From assembly GCA_020137815.1 (NCBI GenBank), contig CM035351.1:9362001-9426000 (forward strand): a DNA stretch of 64,000 bases, given 5' to 3'. A program made the translations under genes and the position numbers. A model generated the notes under the pieces. That model worked only from the letters and a program-made list of their open reading frames with translations, was not told the DNA's origin and made no database searches. This DNA comes from Hormiphora californensis. Its lineage: Eukaryota; Animalia; Ctenophora. Numbering within the stretch: the stretch's first letter is position 1; every line of letters starts with the position of its first letter. Of the stretch, positions 1-11,892 are shown one piece after another.

Positions 1-16
1 GTACTGCCCCCTTGAG

Positions 17-727
17 GTGCTGATGGATCACACTGAGAAGAGGGTGCCACGGGACAAGAAGGAGGAATTCAGGAAGAATGCCGCTAAAGCTGTCAAGTTC
101 ATTACCGTCCGTCACCCATACGAGAGGCTGGTCAGTATGTATACCAACAAGTTTGAGGGTTGTAAAACCGAGATGTTTAGTGGCCCCGGGGGAGCCATGG
201 TACAGATACTGCAGCTATACAGAAGGTGTGACAAACCCTCTCTAGAGAAGGCGATGTTATTAGAGGCTGCCCGGACAGAGTGTCTGAAACCTCCTGCACA
301 AAGGGTTGTAGACCCTGATAACTGCTACATGCAACCAATGGGGGCTACATTTTCTGAGGTTATCACCTGGATTGTTAACAACTTTCACACAGGCCACTTT
401 CCTGACTTCCACTGGGCGCCCATGACCAAGATGTGTGATCTGTGTATCACAGATTATGATATGGTCGAGAAGTTTGAGACTCTAGAACGGGATCATTACT
501 TCATACTGAAAACACTGGGGATGGAGCAGCAGTATGTGGAGATACATGGGGCACGTGCTAACCCTAGTTCTCGTGACAAGGACATATATCATCATGTCAC
601 AAAGTATCTGGTACAGCTAAATGAGAGGCTCCTGTGGGACTTGTTTGCCATTTATAGGGACGATTTTGCAATGTTTGGATATACCCCACACTTTAGGGTA
701 CGGAAGAATCCCTATGTAGAAGTGTGA
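17..727 (+). CDS. Carbohydrate sulfotransferase (Sulfotransfer_2 / CHST8-14 family), 3' part; 5' end lies outside the window
   Basis: 3'-PB motif FITVRHPYERLVSMYTNKF, HWAPMTKMCDLC..YDMVEKFETLERD and terminal IYRDDFAMFGY are typical of the HNK-1/CHST11 family. Confidence 0.85.
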   Translation: MLMDHTEKRVPRDKKEEFRKNAAKAVKFITVRHPYERLVSMYTNKFEGCKTEMFSGPGGAMVQILQLYRRCDKPSLEKAMLLEAARTECLKPPAQRVVDPDNCYMQPMGATFSEVITWIVNNFHTGHFPDFHWAPMTKMCDLCITDYDMVEKFETLERDHYFILKTLGMEQQYVEIHGARANPSSRDKDIYHHVTKYLVQLNERLLWDLFAIYRDDFAMFGYTPHFRVRKNPYVEV

Positions 728-891
728 GTGGAGGGGAGAGAGAGAGTTTGAATGTAAATATGTGCAGAGAATTATATTTTTACATACCCAGACGTCTGTG
801 GTTGTTGCGCTGAAATGAAAACAGATGTTACACACACAGGGCACCAAAACAGATAATATTATTGATTAGATCTGGTTAAATTCAGAGTCTA

Positions 892-2320
892 CTACTTACG
901 GTTTCCACCAAGATTCCACCCAATATTGGGAGGGGTCCCTCCCGCGGCCCCGTACCCACTATACTGGGCTCGAGGGGGTTGCTGCTGTTGGGCAGCTGTG
1001 TTGTAGGTAGGTCTGGGCCGGGCAGGGGCTGTTGATTGTTTTGAGTATAGGGGAGGTGTGTTGGAGAACTCGATACACAGAACATTCACCAGACTAACTA
1101 GGTCGTAACCCTGGGAATAGGGAGTGTCTTTCTTTATACTCAATTCGCAATTACACCAAAATACTAAGTACACATTCTCAATATATATATATGTGTCTGA
1201 TAACTATCTGATTCTGATGATCTCATCATAACCACATTTAACTCAGTACACAGTGTGTGTACTATAACACACCGTTACCACAGGTGAAAATGTATCTCAC
1301 AGCGAACCAGGATCGCTCCTTATATGGCTAATATTCGCTATACTAGAACTACTTACCATGCTTGCCTTCCACTCGTGTAAGTAGGGCAGGTAAACCTTTC
1401 CATTACTGTCCACGATCCTGCTTGGTTTAATCTGCATGTCTTTTGTAGGTGTCACCATAACAAATGGGGCCTGGGGAGGGATAAAACATAATAAATGGGG
1501 CCTGGGGAGAGATAAAACATCACAAATGGGGCCTGGGGAGGGATAAAACATCACAAATGGGGCCTGGGGAGGGATAATACATAATAAATGGGGCCTGGGG
1601 AGGGATAAAACATAATAAATGGGGCCTAGGAGAAGGAGACATCGATATACAGTGATTGTTCATTGTCGGATAGATTAGTGTGAATTACCTGTTCGGGGTA
1701 CTTCATTATGAATCCAAATGTTTACAGGGATATTGTACGTGTTACCCCTGTAGTGCATTGGTATAGTACCAGACAAACATATCATCCTGTATTCTCTCCC
1801 ATTATCATACACTGTGGGGATTAGAAAATCTGTGATACACACCTGCAGCAGCTGTTCACACTGATTTTGAGAGATCATGTTGTTGTTATTTTCAGAAGTC
1901 ATGGAGAGGGTTGCTCGTGCGCGGTATGCTGACATTGAGTGCTTTCATAGTAACACTGTTTGCGCGCCCTACCGTATTTAGAAACGCGTGGTGTGAGATC
2001 CTTGAAGGCAGTGCAGCACGCCTGGAGGTCAGCGATAGCCTTTTGTGGGTAGCGAGACTGAAAAGAGGAGAGGGTGGTTAGATTTACACTAAATGTAGAA
2101 ATATTCACATAATATGAGAAACAGGAAGTCAACTAAATTCCCACTCTAAATTGTGAAGACCTGTCAAAAGGGTCGAAAAAGCGGCATCAGCTCTCTCAAT
2201 TCGAACCATGACTGATGACACACTGCACACGATCTCAGAACTACACTTAATGACGTACTAGATCACACTTACCGGCAGATCCCGGACGGCTGTGTTTATC
2301 ACAGACGTCTTGTCTGACAT
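892..2320 (-). CDS. TSG101: TSG101/Vps23-like UEV-domain protein; 5 exons visible (~2320-2273, 2057-1973, 1812-1689, 1470-1357, 1110-900/892)
   Basis: LSGTIPMHYRGNTYNIPVNIW and PFVMVTPTKDMQIKPSRIVDSNGKVYLPYLHEWK match the TSG101 UEV domain, followed by a Pro/Gln-rich stretch. There is one apparent +1 indel near 1700. Coiled-coil and SB domains are not seen in the window. Confidence 0.85.
1462..1630. repeat. 31-bp tandem repeat x ~6, each copy containing the TSG101 exon-4 splice acceptor
   Basis: Unit aaatggggcctggggagggataaaacataat starts at 1462, 1493, 1524, 1555, 1586 and 1617. Confidence 0.9.
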
Positions 2321-2616
2321 GTCTCTATAAGGGTCGATGGGTTAGGTAGAATAGAAAAAAGAGATAGAGAGAGAGAGGAGAATGTAATGAGAAAATATAC
2401 AAACAAATAAAGAAAATAACACAATTTCAAAATCGCCTCTTTCGTCTAAAACAAGAGCTCTCAATACACACTTCTTTCATGCAGTGTATCTTACACTAAG
2501 TGTTCTGTTCAAACAGGGTCTAACCCTTCTTTACATTTGTCGTGGGGCTGTGGAGAGAGAGAGGGTCGAACAAGACAATCTAACACAACTCAAGAAATAA
2601 ACAGTGTTCAATTTGT

Positions 2617-3028
2617 TCAAGATAACATGGATCTATTAACATAAACTCTATTCCGTTTATCAAGATTGGTTTGTTTCCATTCGTACACTTTCCTCGGCAT
2701 TCTGACAAAGTTCCAAATGATCTTATCTCCCAGGACAAATAATGCCATAGCACTAATACTAACGATAGTGAGCACCACACTAACCCTTAACACATTCGTA
2801 TTCCGGATGTCATATGAGCATTCAGCACTTATTAGCAGCACATGATTTCATCCAACTTTCTGGTACCACGTTATCACATTTGCAGTCCTCAAAATCAACC
2901 GAAGTAGCGATGAAAATCTGCCGGTCGATATCGCTCTTACAGACACACTTACATCTTACATCACCGCTGTGTACAGTAGGGGAGAGAAGGAGGAGGGCCA
3001 GGGGTAGGAAGTAGAAGGGTGACGTCAT
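2617..3028 (-). CDS. TMEM9: TMEM9-family protein (single exon, one apparent frameshift near 2825)
   Basis: Signal peptide, DVRCKCVC, DCKC..VV, CECSY..R, a TM helix and C-terminal ...RSMLS; the product joins ORFs 2822-3028 and 2617-2841. Confidence 0.85.
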
Positions 3029-3349
3029 ACTGCGTGTACTAAACTGGGATAATGGTGAGAGAGTTATTGTAAAGGAGGGCTTAGGAAGTCAAATCAATAT
3101 CTGAGTAGATGACAGCAGGGGAGGAAGAAAACACACAACTATCTTCAGATAAATTAGTAATTTACAAGATTGAAGTAAATAGTTTAAAAGCTGAAAGTTC
3201 AATAAAATCATATTATAAACAGAATAAAATGTAGCACAGTACCGTGCACTGTTTTACCTCTCAAACAAAACAATTCCGGTGTATAACCTTGATCGACCGA
3301 ACCCTCGCAAAATGACGGTGGTATGAGCCACACAAAAGAATCCCACTTT

Positions 3350-5509
3350 TCAAGTTTTGTAGTGTAATTTAACGTGTTTGGTTTTCTCCTCGCTGGTAGG
3401 AAATCCATCTCCACAGATGTGGCAGGTGAAGGGGTATAACTTGTGGATATCCAGGATGTGACTGTGGAGATCCTCTCTCGTCATGTGAGATAATCCACAC
3501 AACTCACAGGGCAGATCAGATCGCGGGTGGGTCACACTACGATGTACCTGGAGACAGACAGATAGAAACTAGAAAGTGGGAGGTTTAACTTGCTAATTAT
3601 TTAGACAACAACAAAAAATCACAGACACAGAATAGGTTAGAAAGCGAAGACACAAAAATACAAAGTTTTAACTAACCAGCAGATAGTCCCTGGTGGGGAA
3701 GATGATATCACACATTTTGCACTTCATATCCTCAATCTTCCTGAATAAGCTGTTTTCATCTCCATCACCAACTTGACACACTTCCCTGATAGGCTCTGGA
3801 CTTGGAGGATCTTGTTCATTGTATACAAAGACATCATCACAAGCCATACATGTAGTACCCATTTGTTTATGTCGCAGTTCTAAATCTGCGCTGGTCTGAG
3901 GTGTGCCAATACCATGGGTAACAAACTCGTGCCTTTTACACGACCACGCTGACTGAAACAAGGAGGGGGGTGGTGAGTTGCGCCTCTTCAAGTGTTCATT
4001 ATCTGGACAACTATTTACCTTGAAGTTACATTTGCATCCTGAACAGTTATATGTCTGGTCGATCTTTGCTACTTCCTCTTTCTGAAATAGAAGTTAAACA
4101 TTAGACAGAACACACAGAACACAATCAACTTGATAGGCACTTGATCTACTGAACCCTCACAGAGCGTGGTGAGAGCCACATGGAACGTACCTTTTTTGGT
4201 GGATTTATTCCAGCTAAATCTTCCAACTCAGGCATTGTTTGAGTAATAAAGGTATTGCCCGAATCAGGCAGCGTTTCAGCCGATCTGTTCTTTGGTTTTT
4301 TTCGGGGATTTTAGTGGTTTAACTGGTTTTGTTTGATAAGTTCTAACAGGCGTTTTTCTTTTTCTCAATTTATTTTGGTATGTCCTAACGACCTTTGTGC
4401 CTATATCTGGATTTTTGGCACCATTTAGTTTGTGACATATAACATAATCTGGCTCGACAAATGCTGACAGAGTTTCCAGAGAAGCCTCTCTACTCTCACT
4501 TGGTTCTCTGCTTTCTACTGGATTAGGGTTTCTGCTTTCTACTGGATTAGGGTTTCTGCTTTCATCCGGAGGAATCTCCTTGCTTGCATTCGGAGTATAA
4601 TGTCGTCTTAATTTGGCAGTAGAATCTCTGTTTGCATTCGGGGTAGGTGCTACATTTACTACTGGATGAGTTTCTCTGGTTGGGTTAGGACCTCGCCTTT
4701 CTTCTCTCCTTGGTTCATGAGAAGGTTCTATGTATTCTTCAAAAGAGGGTTCCACGTTATACTCAGTCAATATAAAAGCATGACCAGGTAGTGAAATTGC
4801 CCCCTCGCCTCCCTCACTATTCTCACTATCATACATGTATTCTTCTGGCACTAGTTCTGCAATCTGACTATCATCATCATCTTCCATTATAACATCTTCT
4901 CCCTCCACTTCCTCTTCCTTTATTTCTGGGGTCGGTCCAGACAACTGGGACGTCTCGATAGTAGGAACTGGCATCTCCTTGGCTTGGGTGTTGGGTCTAG
5001 TTGATATTGTGCTGGGGGCTGATTGGGGCACAGAGGTTGAGGTTGAACTAGGAGCAGGGGTCAGAATAGATTGGACTGGAACAGTAGATGGTCTAGCAGG
5101 GCCAGGGCGACAGATTTTGTCTGGAACAGTAAAATTTGGGGATGGTCTAGCAGGAAGAAGGTCTGGATCTTGTTGCTGTACAGAGGAACTAGCAGGGTCT
5201 GGATCTCGTATAGAAGAACAGCCCAAAACTGACATGGTTCTGGCAGTTTGAGAAGTATTCTGCTCACCTGAAAAAGAGGGTGTATCAGACAAATATTATT
5301 ACACTATTTATTGTCCAGGAAAGCTTGTCTAAGTGAGGGCACATATAATTTTACATCCTGCAACACTTACAATCAGTGTGGTGCCCGTGATGTTTCTCGT
5401 GAAACAAATCAGCCAGTTTGTGGACTATTCTGTCGAAGAGGATCCTCTTACAGACCAGTTCCTCCTCCCAACCCCAACATGACACGGTAGTTTGGGTGGC
5501 TATCTCCAT
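3350..5509 (-). CDS. C2H2 zinc-finger protein with a long low-complexity N-terminal region (~4 exons)
   Basis: CKMCDIIF..H, CELCGLSH..HILDIH and CHICGDGF..HVKLH fingers; GT-AG boundaries near 5370/5268, 4190/4083 and 3675/3548. Confidence 0.7.
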
Positions 5510-5672
5510 CCTGAGGGTTATATGTTAGTTGTTAGGTGAATAGGGTGAAAAGGGAAATTACAAAGTTACAAAGATCTTTTCACCATTCTGAAATCAATAA
5601 GAAACACTCTGATTTTACTAAAAAAATGCTGTGATAACTAAAATATCAAAACTAGTAAAAGAATTAAAAGCT

Positions 5673-6506
5673 CTACTTGATTAAATCAGCTATGCTATCA
5701 ATAACAAATGTAGGTACAGCACTCTCAATAAGATCATCTTTCTTTGAAACTCCTGTCAACACCAAAGCAGAATCAATACCCGAATTAACAGCAAACTGAA
5801 TATCAGTCAATAAGTTATCTCCCACCATAAGGACACGTGATTTGTCAGGAATATCGTGGTCACGTGATATGATATCAAAAAATACTGCACTTGGTTTCCC
5901 TATAACTTTAGGTGTGGTCCCCAGGGCATTGTTCAACCCAGCCAACACTGAACCTGTACCGGGTAGCTGCCGTGTGGGACTAAGAGGATACACAATATCC
6001 AAGTTAGTCGCTATATATTCCGCTCCTCCCTCCCGGATGTATATGAAAGCCTTGGTCATTTTGGTGTGGTTGAAATGTGGATCAAACCCACCCACTACGA
6101 ACTTCACACTTGGATCTAGTTGGAAGTCGTTAAACTCGTAGAAATCCAGGGGTTCGTGGGGCCCGTGTCCAATAAACTCCACCCCACATTCAGTGAGAAC
6201 CTGGGAGAATCCTTTAGACCCGATAAGAAACACCTTCTCACCCTCTTTCATCTGCTCCTTCATGTACATAGCACATGCTATGCCCGAACTGTAAAGACAG
6301 TTGTTGTCAGGCATACTCATCCCCAGGGCCGTTTGGACATGCTGGTTTAATAGTGCTCGGGTTTTAGTACTGTTATTGGTAACCAGGATTACTTTCTTGT
6401 TCTTGCTAAGAAGGGTCGTCAGTACTTCTACAGCACCTGGAATGGGTTCAAAGCCTCTCCACAGGACCCCATCGCAGTCAAACAAGTACACATCATAGTC
6501 CAACAT
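5673..6506 (-). CDS. PGP: HAD IIA phosphatase (phosphoglycolate / pyridoxal-phosphate phosphatase family), intronless
   Basis: FDCDGVLW, VTNNS, GKPS, MVGDNLLTDIQF and LVLTGV motifs. Confidence 0.85.
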   Translation of the reverse strand: MLDYDVYLFDCDGVLWRGFEPIPGAVEVLTTLLSKNKKVILVTNNSTKTRALLNQHVQTALGMSMPDNNCLYSSGIACAMYMKEQMKEGEKVFLIGSKGFSQVLTECGVEFIGHGPHEPLDFYEFNDFQLDPSVKFVVGGFDPHFNHTKMTKAFIYIREGGAEYIATNLDIVYPLSPTRQLPGTGSVLAGLNNALGTTPKVIGKPSAVFFDIISRDHDIPDKSRVLMVGDNLLTDIQFAVNSGIDSALVLTGVSKKDDLIESAVPTFVIDSIADLIK

Positions 6507-6742
6507 ACTAAATGTAGGGAATTGGTTGAAAAGTCGGGTGTAGTCGGGTTAATATAACATAATCATTTTCTAATGCACTAAATATAATATACAGAAAACT
6601 CCAAATCTTCATCAAAACATAACATGTGAAAAAAAGTCCGAATAAAATGTAAACTCAAGATATACAGTATGCCCTAAAATGAATTGGGTAATATTAATTG
6701 ATTTTATCAGATATTATGTGGTAATAGCGGAACATGACAAGT

Positions 6743-7636
6743 CTATTTCCACAAAGTGCCTTTGATAAACTTCTGTCCAATATCGGACTGCCAATTCTTT
6801 GCATTTTCAAACCCGTTCTTGTGCTTTCTGTAATCATCGATTGTCTGCTCTATTTCCTCTTCTGTGTTCATTACAAACGGTCCGTGCTGTACGACTGGTT
6901 CCCCAATAGGCTCTCCAGATATTAGGACAAACTTGGCCACCCCAGATCCGGGGTTACTGACAGACACAGCAGCTCCTGATGTCTCAAATATCACAGTGTG
7001 GTGGGCTGCAATGTTCTGATCCCCAATCTTAACTTCCCCATCAAGAGTGTATATAAAGGTGGTCCAACCCTCGGGAACTGGTTGGGATATTTCTGCACCC
7101 GGCTGCAGCTCTATATCCAGATAATAGGAGGGTGTTCGGGTCCTCACTTCAGACTTCTTTCCCAGGGCCTCTCCGGCAAGAATTTTCACTTTGACACCTC
7201 CCTCCTCCGCAACACGCATCGTCTCAGCCGTTGCCTCTTGGAAGGCTGGTTCTACCATTTTAAACTCGCTCTTCAGGTTGACCCATAACTGCAGTCCCCG
7301 GCACATCTCCTTGCCAGGTATCTCAGAGTGAATTATTCCCCTGCCAGCAGTCATCCACTGCATCCCGCCAGGTCGCAAAACACCAGAGTTTCCCAGGAAA
7401 TCTTCATGGTAGGTCTCTCCTTCAAGCATGTAGGTCACCGTTTCAAATCCTCTGTGAGGGTGATCAGGGAAACCAGCTCCTTCCAGAGATGATCCAACGA
7501 ACTCATCAAGCATTAGAAATGGGTCAATCTGTCCAATCCCCTGACGCCCAATCGATCTTCTGACTCGTGCACCTCTACCTTCCGATTGCCATTTACTGCC
7601 AACAATTTTCTGTATGCCTCTCCGGGTCAGACTCAT
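6743..7636 (-). CDS. PIR: Pirin (bicupin), intronless; probable start MSLTRR at 7636
   Basis: DPFLMLDEF, GFPDHPHRGFETVTYML, QWMTAGRGIIHSE, GLQLWVNL and GPFVMNT motifs. Confidence 0.95.
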   Translation of the reverse strand: MSLTRRGIQKIVGSKWQSEGRGARVRRSIGRQGIGQIDPFLMLDEFVGSSLEGAGFPDHPHRGFETVTYMLEGETYHEDFLGNSGVLRPGGMQWMTAGRGIIHSEIPGKEMCRGLQLWVNLKSEFKMVEPAFQEATAETMRVAEEGGVKVKILAGEALGKKSEVRTRTPSYYLDIELQPGAEISQPVPEGWTTFIYTLDGEVKIGDQNIAAHHTVIFETSGAAVSVSNPGSGVAKFVLISGEPIGEPVVQHGPFVMNTEEEIEQTIDDYRKHKNGFENAKNWQSDIGQKFIKGTLWK

Positions 7637-7901
7637 TCCTGGGTTATCTAAAAAGAACAAAAGTATAACTGCAGGACATATACCAGACATATGAGCAGAA
7701 GAGCAGCTAAAAATATGTTTTTATCAAGCAGCTTTTTGATGTTTTGGCTTTAAAAAAAGGTTTTACAAAAATCAGGTAAAGTATAAATCCATATGGATCG
7801 TTCGGACATTGAATCTCTAAATATCTAAATAATTTATTGGTGAGAGCACTGAGCAGGAAATCCACAACCAAGAATTTGGATCTTTCAAAATGAGCCTCCT
7901 C

Positions 7902-7969
7902 TTGGCCTATGCTATAGGCCCTAGAAGCCGTGGAAAACGCGCGCACTTGGGGTCTGCAGCGCATGCCAA
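7902..7969. mobile_element. 68-bp TTGG...CCAA micro-MITE with 9-bp TSD (Mutator-like)
   Basis: TSD agcctcctc at 7893-7901 and 7970-7978; near-identical inverted copy at 61311-61380. Confidence 0.85.
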
Positions 7970-8134
7970 AGCCTCCTCATTTTATAAAAACTTTTCTGTT
8001 TTTAAAACTTTTCTGTTTTTAAAACAAAATCAATTCCGCGCTGAAGCGATGCTTTTGAACGTTACGCGCGAAATACGAAGTATAAACACTGCATTCTTCC
8101 GCGCGCCGAAGAAATCACAAATTCCGATTTTTTT

Positions 8135-8747
8135 ATAAGGAACCATAATAAAGTTCAAGAGCGTACCCCATCCAAGAGCGCACCACCTCCAAAAGACACC
8201 ACTCCGAGAGCGCACCACATCAAAGAGAGCTCCCCATTAGTGGAAGCTCTTACGGTATTTCCCACGCCCCGTGGGAAAGTTTTCGACCGTGGGAAAGTTT
8301 TCAAACCGTGGGAAAAGAGAGATACATACGATAACTTTAAAAAAATAATTATTTTTTTAAGGTTATTGTATGTATCTCTCTTTTCCCACGGTTCGAAAAT
8401 TTTCCCACGGTCAAAAACTTTCCCACGGGGCGTGGGAAATACCGTATGAGCTTCCACTACATCCAGAAGATACCGCGCGCAGGGGACACCACGCGCAGAA
8501 GAGACCGCACGCGCAAATACAACGCCGCGCTGGTCTCTTCTGCGCGTGGTGTCCCCTGCGCGTGGTATCTTCTGGATGGGGAGCTCTCTTTGATGTGGTG
8601 CGCTCTTGAAGTGGTGTCTTCTGGAGGTGGTGCGCTCTTGGATGTGGTCTCTTTTGGGTGTGGTGCGCTCTCAGGTGTGGTCTCTCTTCGATCGGGTGCG
8701 CTCTTGGGTGCTCTTGGAGGCTCTTGAACTTTATTATGGTTCCTTAT
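8135..8747. mobile_element. Foldback-type MITE with TIR (a)taaggaaccataataaagttcaagagc and probable TA TSD
   Basis: A ~27-bp perfect terminal inverted repeat, internal gagcgcacc/ggtgcgctc subrepeats and a central palindrome. Confidence 0.8.
8238..8459. mobile_element. 222-bp near-perfect palindromic MITE nested in the 8135-8747 element, 3-bp TSD (CAT)
   Basis: TAGTGGAAGCTC...GAGCTTCCACTA flanked by CAT/CAT; the empty site can be reconstructed from the opposite arm of the host element. Confidence 0.8.
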
Positions 8748-8882
8748 TTTGTGGATTTGATTTTTGAAGCCAGTTTCAATTTTTGAACCACTCGTTTCAC
8801 TTTTTGGACTTTTTCCCTCAAGCCCTGAGAACTCATTTGCCCTACTGATGTCTCAAGCGACTTATTTTTCATCAGATTTTTT

Positions 8883-8951
8883 CCCTGCCCGGGTGAATGC
8901 CGAAGGCATTCACCCGGATGCCTTTTTACTTTGTAAAAAGGCATAGCAGGG
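8883..8951. mobile_element. 69-bp CCC...GGG element folding into a T-shaped double hairpin, flanked by TT/TT
   Basis: ccctgc [ccgggtgaatgcc GAA ggcattcacccgg][atgcctttttac TTT gtaaaaaggcat] a gcaggg. Confidence 0.55.
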
Positions 8952-9474
8952 TTAGAATTCGAAAACGACATTTTGGTATACTAACTAATCGGTAGAGGGA
9001 CCATTTTGGTCACACTTTCGTTGCGAGGGGCAACGGTGTAGCAACTAGAGCCGCGCGCACAGTGACGAGCTACTCCTTCATCAAACACCTCATTGACACA
9101 GTTTGATGGACGTGTGTGCGCGCGCCACTCAACAAAACATGAAATGCTCTGCCGCGCGTTTCGCGTGTTACATACACATTTTCATCTTGCGAGTCGAGTG
9201 TGAGATGTTAGATAAGTAGTTAAGTTGGAATGTCAAAAACTGGTTAGCAAGTGTCATGTGATTGGGAGTTAGCTAACTCTAAGCTATGTGAGAAGTTTAC
9301 TGACAGCTAGATCGTATGCATCTCACATTACATTATGACCAAGCCTTGATCCTGTTGGCAGTGACAATGTCACTGACATGTGAAACGGTAGGGCAGGGAA
9401 ACTCAGCATTATGAACACATAATGCAATAATTCTTGTTAACAAATAGGTAGTTGAAAGTTGCTACTCATCTGAT

Positions 9475-10357
9475 ATGGCGTCCGATCCATTCTGCATTGG
9501 CGAACACTGTACTTTGGAGGACTGCCAAACTCTAGATTTCCTCCCAGTTTTATGCTCATTTTGTCAAAAGGTAAATTATCAAATAGGTTCAATGATTCAC
9601 ACTTACCCAATTACCTTATCAACGCAGGTTTTCTGTAAAACTCATTACTCGCCCAATATCCATGACTGCAAATGCATTCCGGAGCATACCGTTAAGACTA
9701 CAGTTGCATCAGCACCATCCAAGCCTTGCTCCATATGTAACCATGTTGGTATGTTTTTCAGACTGTTAGTATGTAGTTTAGTGTATCAATCCCACGATAC
9801 AAGGTGGGCACTAAATTGAACCTTTTCTTCAGTATACATTTTGTTTTTTTTTCAGATATCGTCAATGTGATATGTGAAGAATGTACCAAAGTATTCTGTA
9901 TGTTACATCGAACACTCGAACAGCACAGTTGCCCTTCTGTCGAGGCAAAGAAGTCCAAACCTAGGGAGGTTAGCTCCCGTTGTATCTACAGCCAAGGGTA
10001 CCCAGCTGAAACGAAAGGGTGCTAAATCTTTAGCATTGGAACGAAAAGTAATGTTGATGAAAATGAAAAACAAAAGTTCTGGTCCATCTTCAATCCCTCA
10101 AAGTGAAAGGATTTATTTGAATGTAACTGCAGAAGGGGGTAAACAGTGTTATTATCCACTGTAGTAATCTATGGACTGTGGGGAGATCAGTGGACGCTAT
10201 CTCGGATCACATGGGTTTGAAGAACAACAATGATCAGGCGGGTGCCGATCAGTTAGTTATGGAATACCAAGGGGAGGTGTTAGTGATGGGTGACAAGTTG
10301 TGTGATACCACCCAGAGTGGTGATACTGTTAACCTGAAGTATGTCCCTCCTAGCTGA
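9475..10357 (+). CDS. ZFAND1: AN1-type zinc finger protein 1 (3 exons, apparent frameshifts in exon 3)
   Basis: IGEHC..DC..LDFLP.C..C..FC..H and C..C.K.FC..HR...H.C fingers; KVMLMKMK..G..SIPQSERIY; WTVGR..D ubiquitin-like C-terminus. Confidence 0.85.
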
Positions 10358-10520
10358 GAGGTCTGTTTATATAATGAATTGGGGAGTATTTATAAGTTGT
10401 TTATTTGGAGTTTGTTATTTTCAGTTTTCGTATTATATGACAGATAGGTGTACTGCTATCCAAGTGTTTGTCTTGTTGTTATTCCCCCCACTCCACTAAC
10501 TACCAGTTATAATATCAGTG

Positions 10521-11496
10521 ATGTCAGACCCGGCAGCAAGGGCTGCTTCCCTAATGGCGGAGGGGAAGAAGAAGTTGGGTGGTGGGGGAGGATTCTTCTC
10601 TAAAATGTTTGGAGGCGGATCCGGTACTGAAGATGCCATTGATCTCTTTTGTCAGGTACTTTATTTGCAATGTACTTCCTTGTTATAGTAGCAGCTGATT
10701 AGTAACCACCACACAGTGATCTAAATCCCTCTCTTTCCCAGGCGGCAAACAACTACAAGATGGCCAAGATGTGGTGTGAGGCAGGGGCAGCATTTCAGAA
10801 GGCTGCCTCTCTGAACAGTAGCATCAGTAAGCACGAGTCAGCCTCTCAGTATGTTGAGGCTGCAGGGTGCTTCAAGAAGAACAACACAGAACAAGCTGCT
10901 AAGTGTCTGCCAGGAGGCTATACAAGGTCTATGAGGAGCTTGGGAAGGTTTGGAATTGCAGCAAAGCATTATGGAACCCTGGGGGAGCTGTTTGAGAACG
11001 AGAGAGATCCCAATATTGAGCTGGCTGTTGTGAATTATGAGAAGGCAGCGGACTACTACGAGGGAGAGGAGAGTTACAGCAGTGCTAACAAGTTCAAACT
11101 AAAGGTGGCACACTATAGCGCCCTCACTGATACAGATGCATGGGTACACCAGGGCAGTTAGTATCTACGAGGAGGTGGCAGCCTAGAAGTATTGATAACT
11201 CCCTCCTGAAGTGGTCTGCCAAGGAGTACTACTTCAAGGCGGTGTTGTGTTGTATGTGTGTGAAGGGGGAGAGCAGGGCAGCCATAGCACGGTACGAGGA
11301 GGAGTTCCCTGCCTTCCTCAACACTAGAGAACACAAACTGGTGTGTGGGTTACAGGAGGCTATTGACGAGAGTAACAAGGAGTCATACACAGAGCTGGTA
11401 CAGGAATTTGATAATATCTCACCCCTCGATAAATGGTTCACATCCATCCTGTTGAAGATTAAACGAGGTCTAGATGAGGAACCGGACTTGTGCTGA
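10521..11496 (+). CDS. NAPA: alpha-soluble NSF attachment protein (2 exons, apparent frameshifts)
   Basis: AAN.YKMAK.W, GRF.IAAKH, YEKAADYYEGEES.SSANK, LLKWSAKEYYFKA and ISPLDKWFTSILLKIK. Confidence 0.92.
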
Positions 11497-11892
11497 GTGA
11501 TGTGCTTGTGTGGGGATATTCAACATGAACTGAGTATACTGATCTCTCTCTCTTATAATCTCTACTTTTGATGTTTTGATGTTATTCGCCATTATATTGG
11601 TGTGGTATAATAATTGGTTTGCTTTGATGCAGCAAATTAACACTGTGCTGGCCCCCCAAATAATGGTAGTTTGTTTAGATGTTAACCTGTTTGTTGTACA
11701 ATTTTAACAGCACATCAAGTTGTCTTCTTTTTGGTTTCTTCCTCTATATTATGCCCCCTCGGACCCACCCTCCCCCTTCTCCCCTTCCTTATTCTTCTCC
11801 CCAGTCCCCTCCTAACCATCTCCCTCCCTCTTCGTTCTCCCTCTAACACCCGATCACAGCTACGCGTGTCATGTTTACCATAGCGCCACCAC

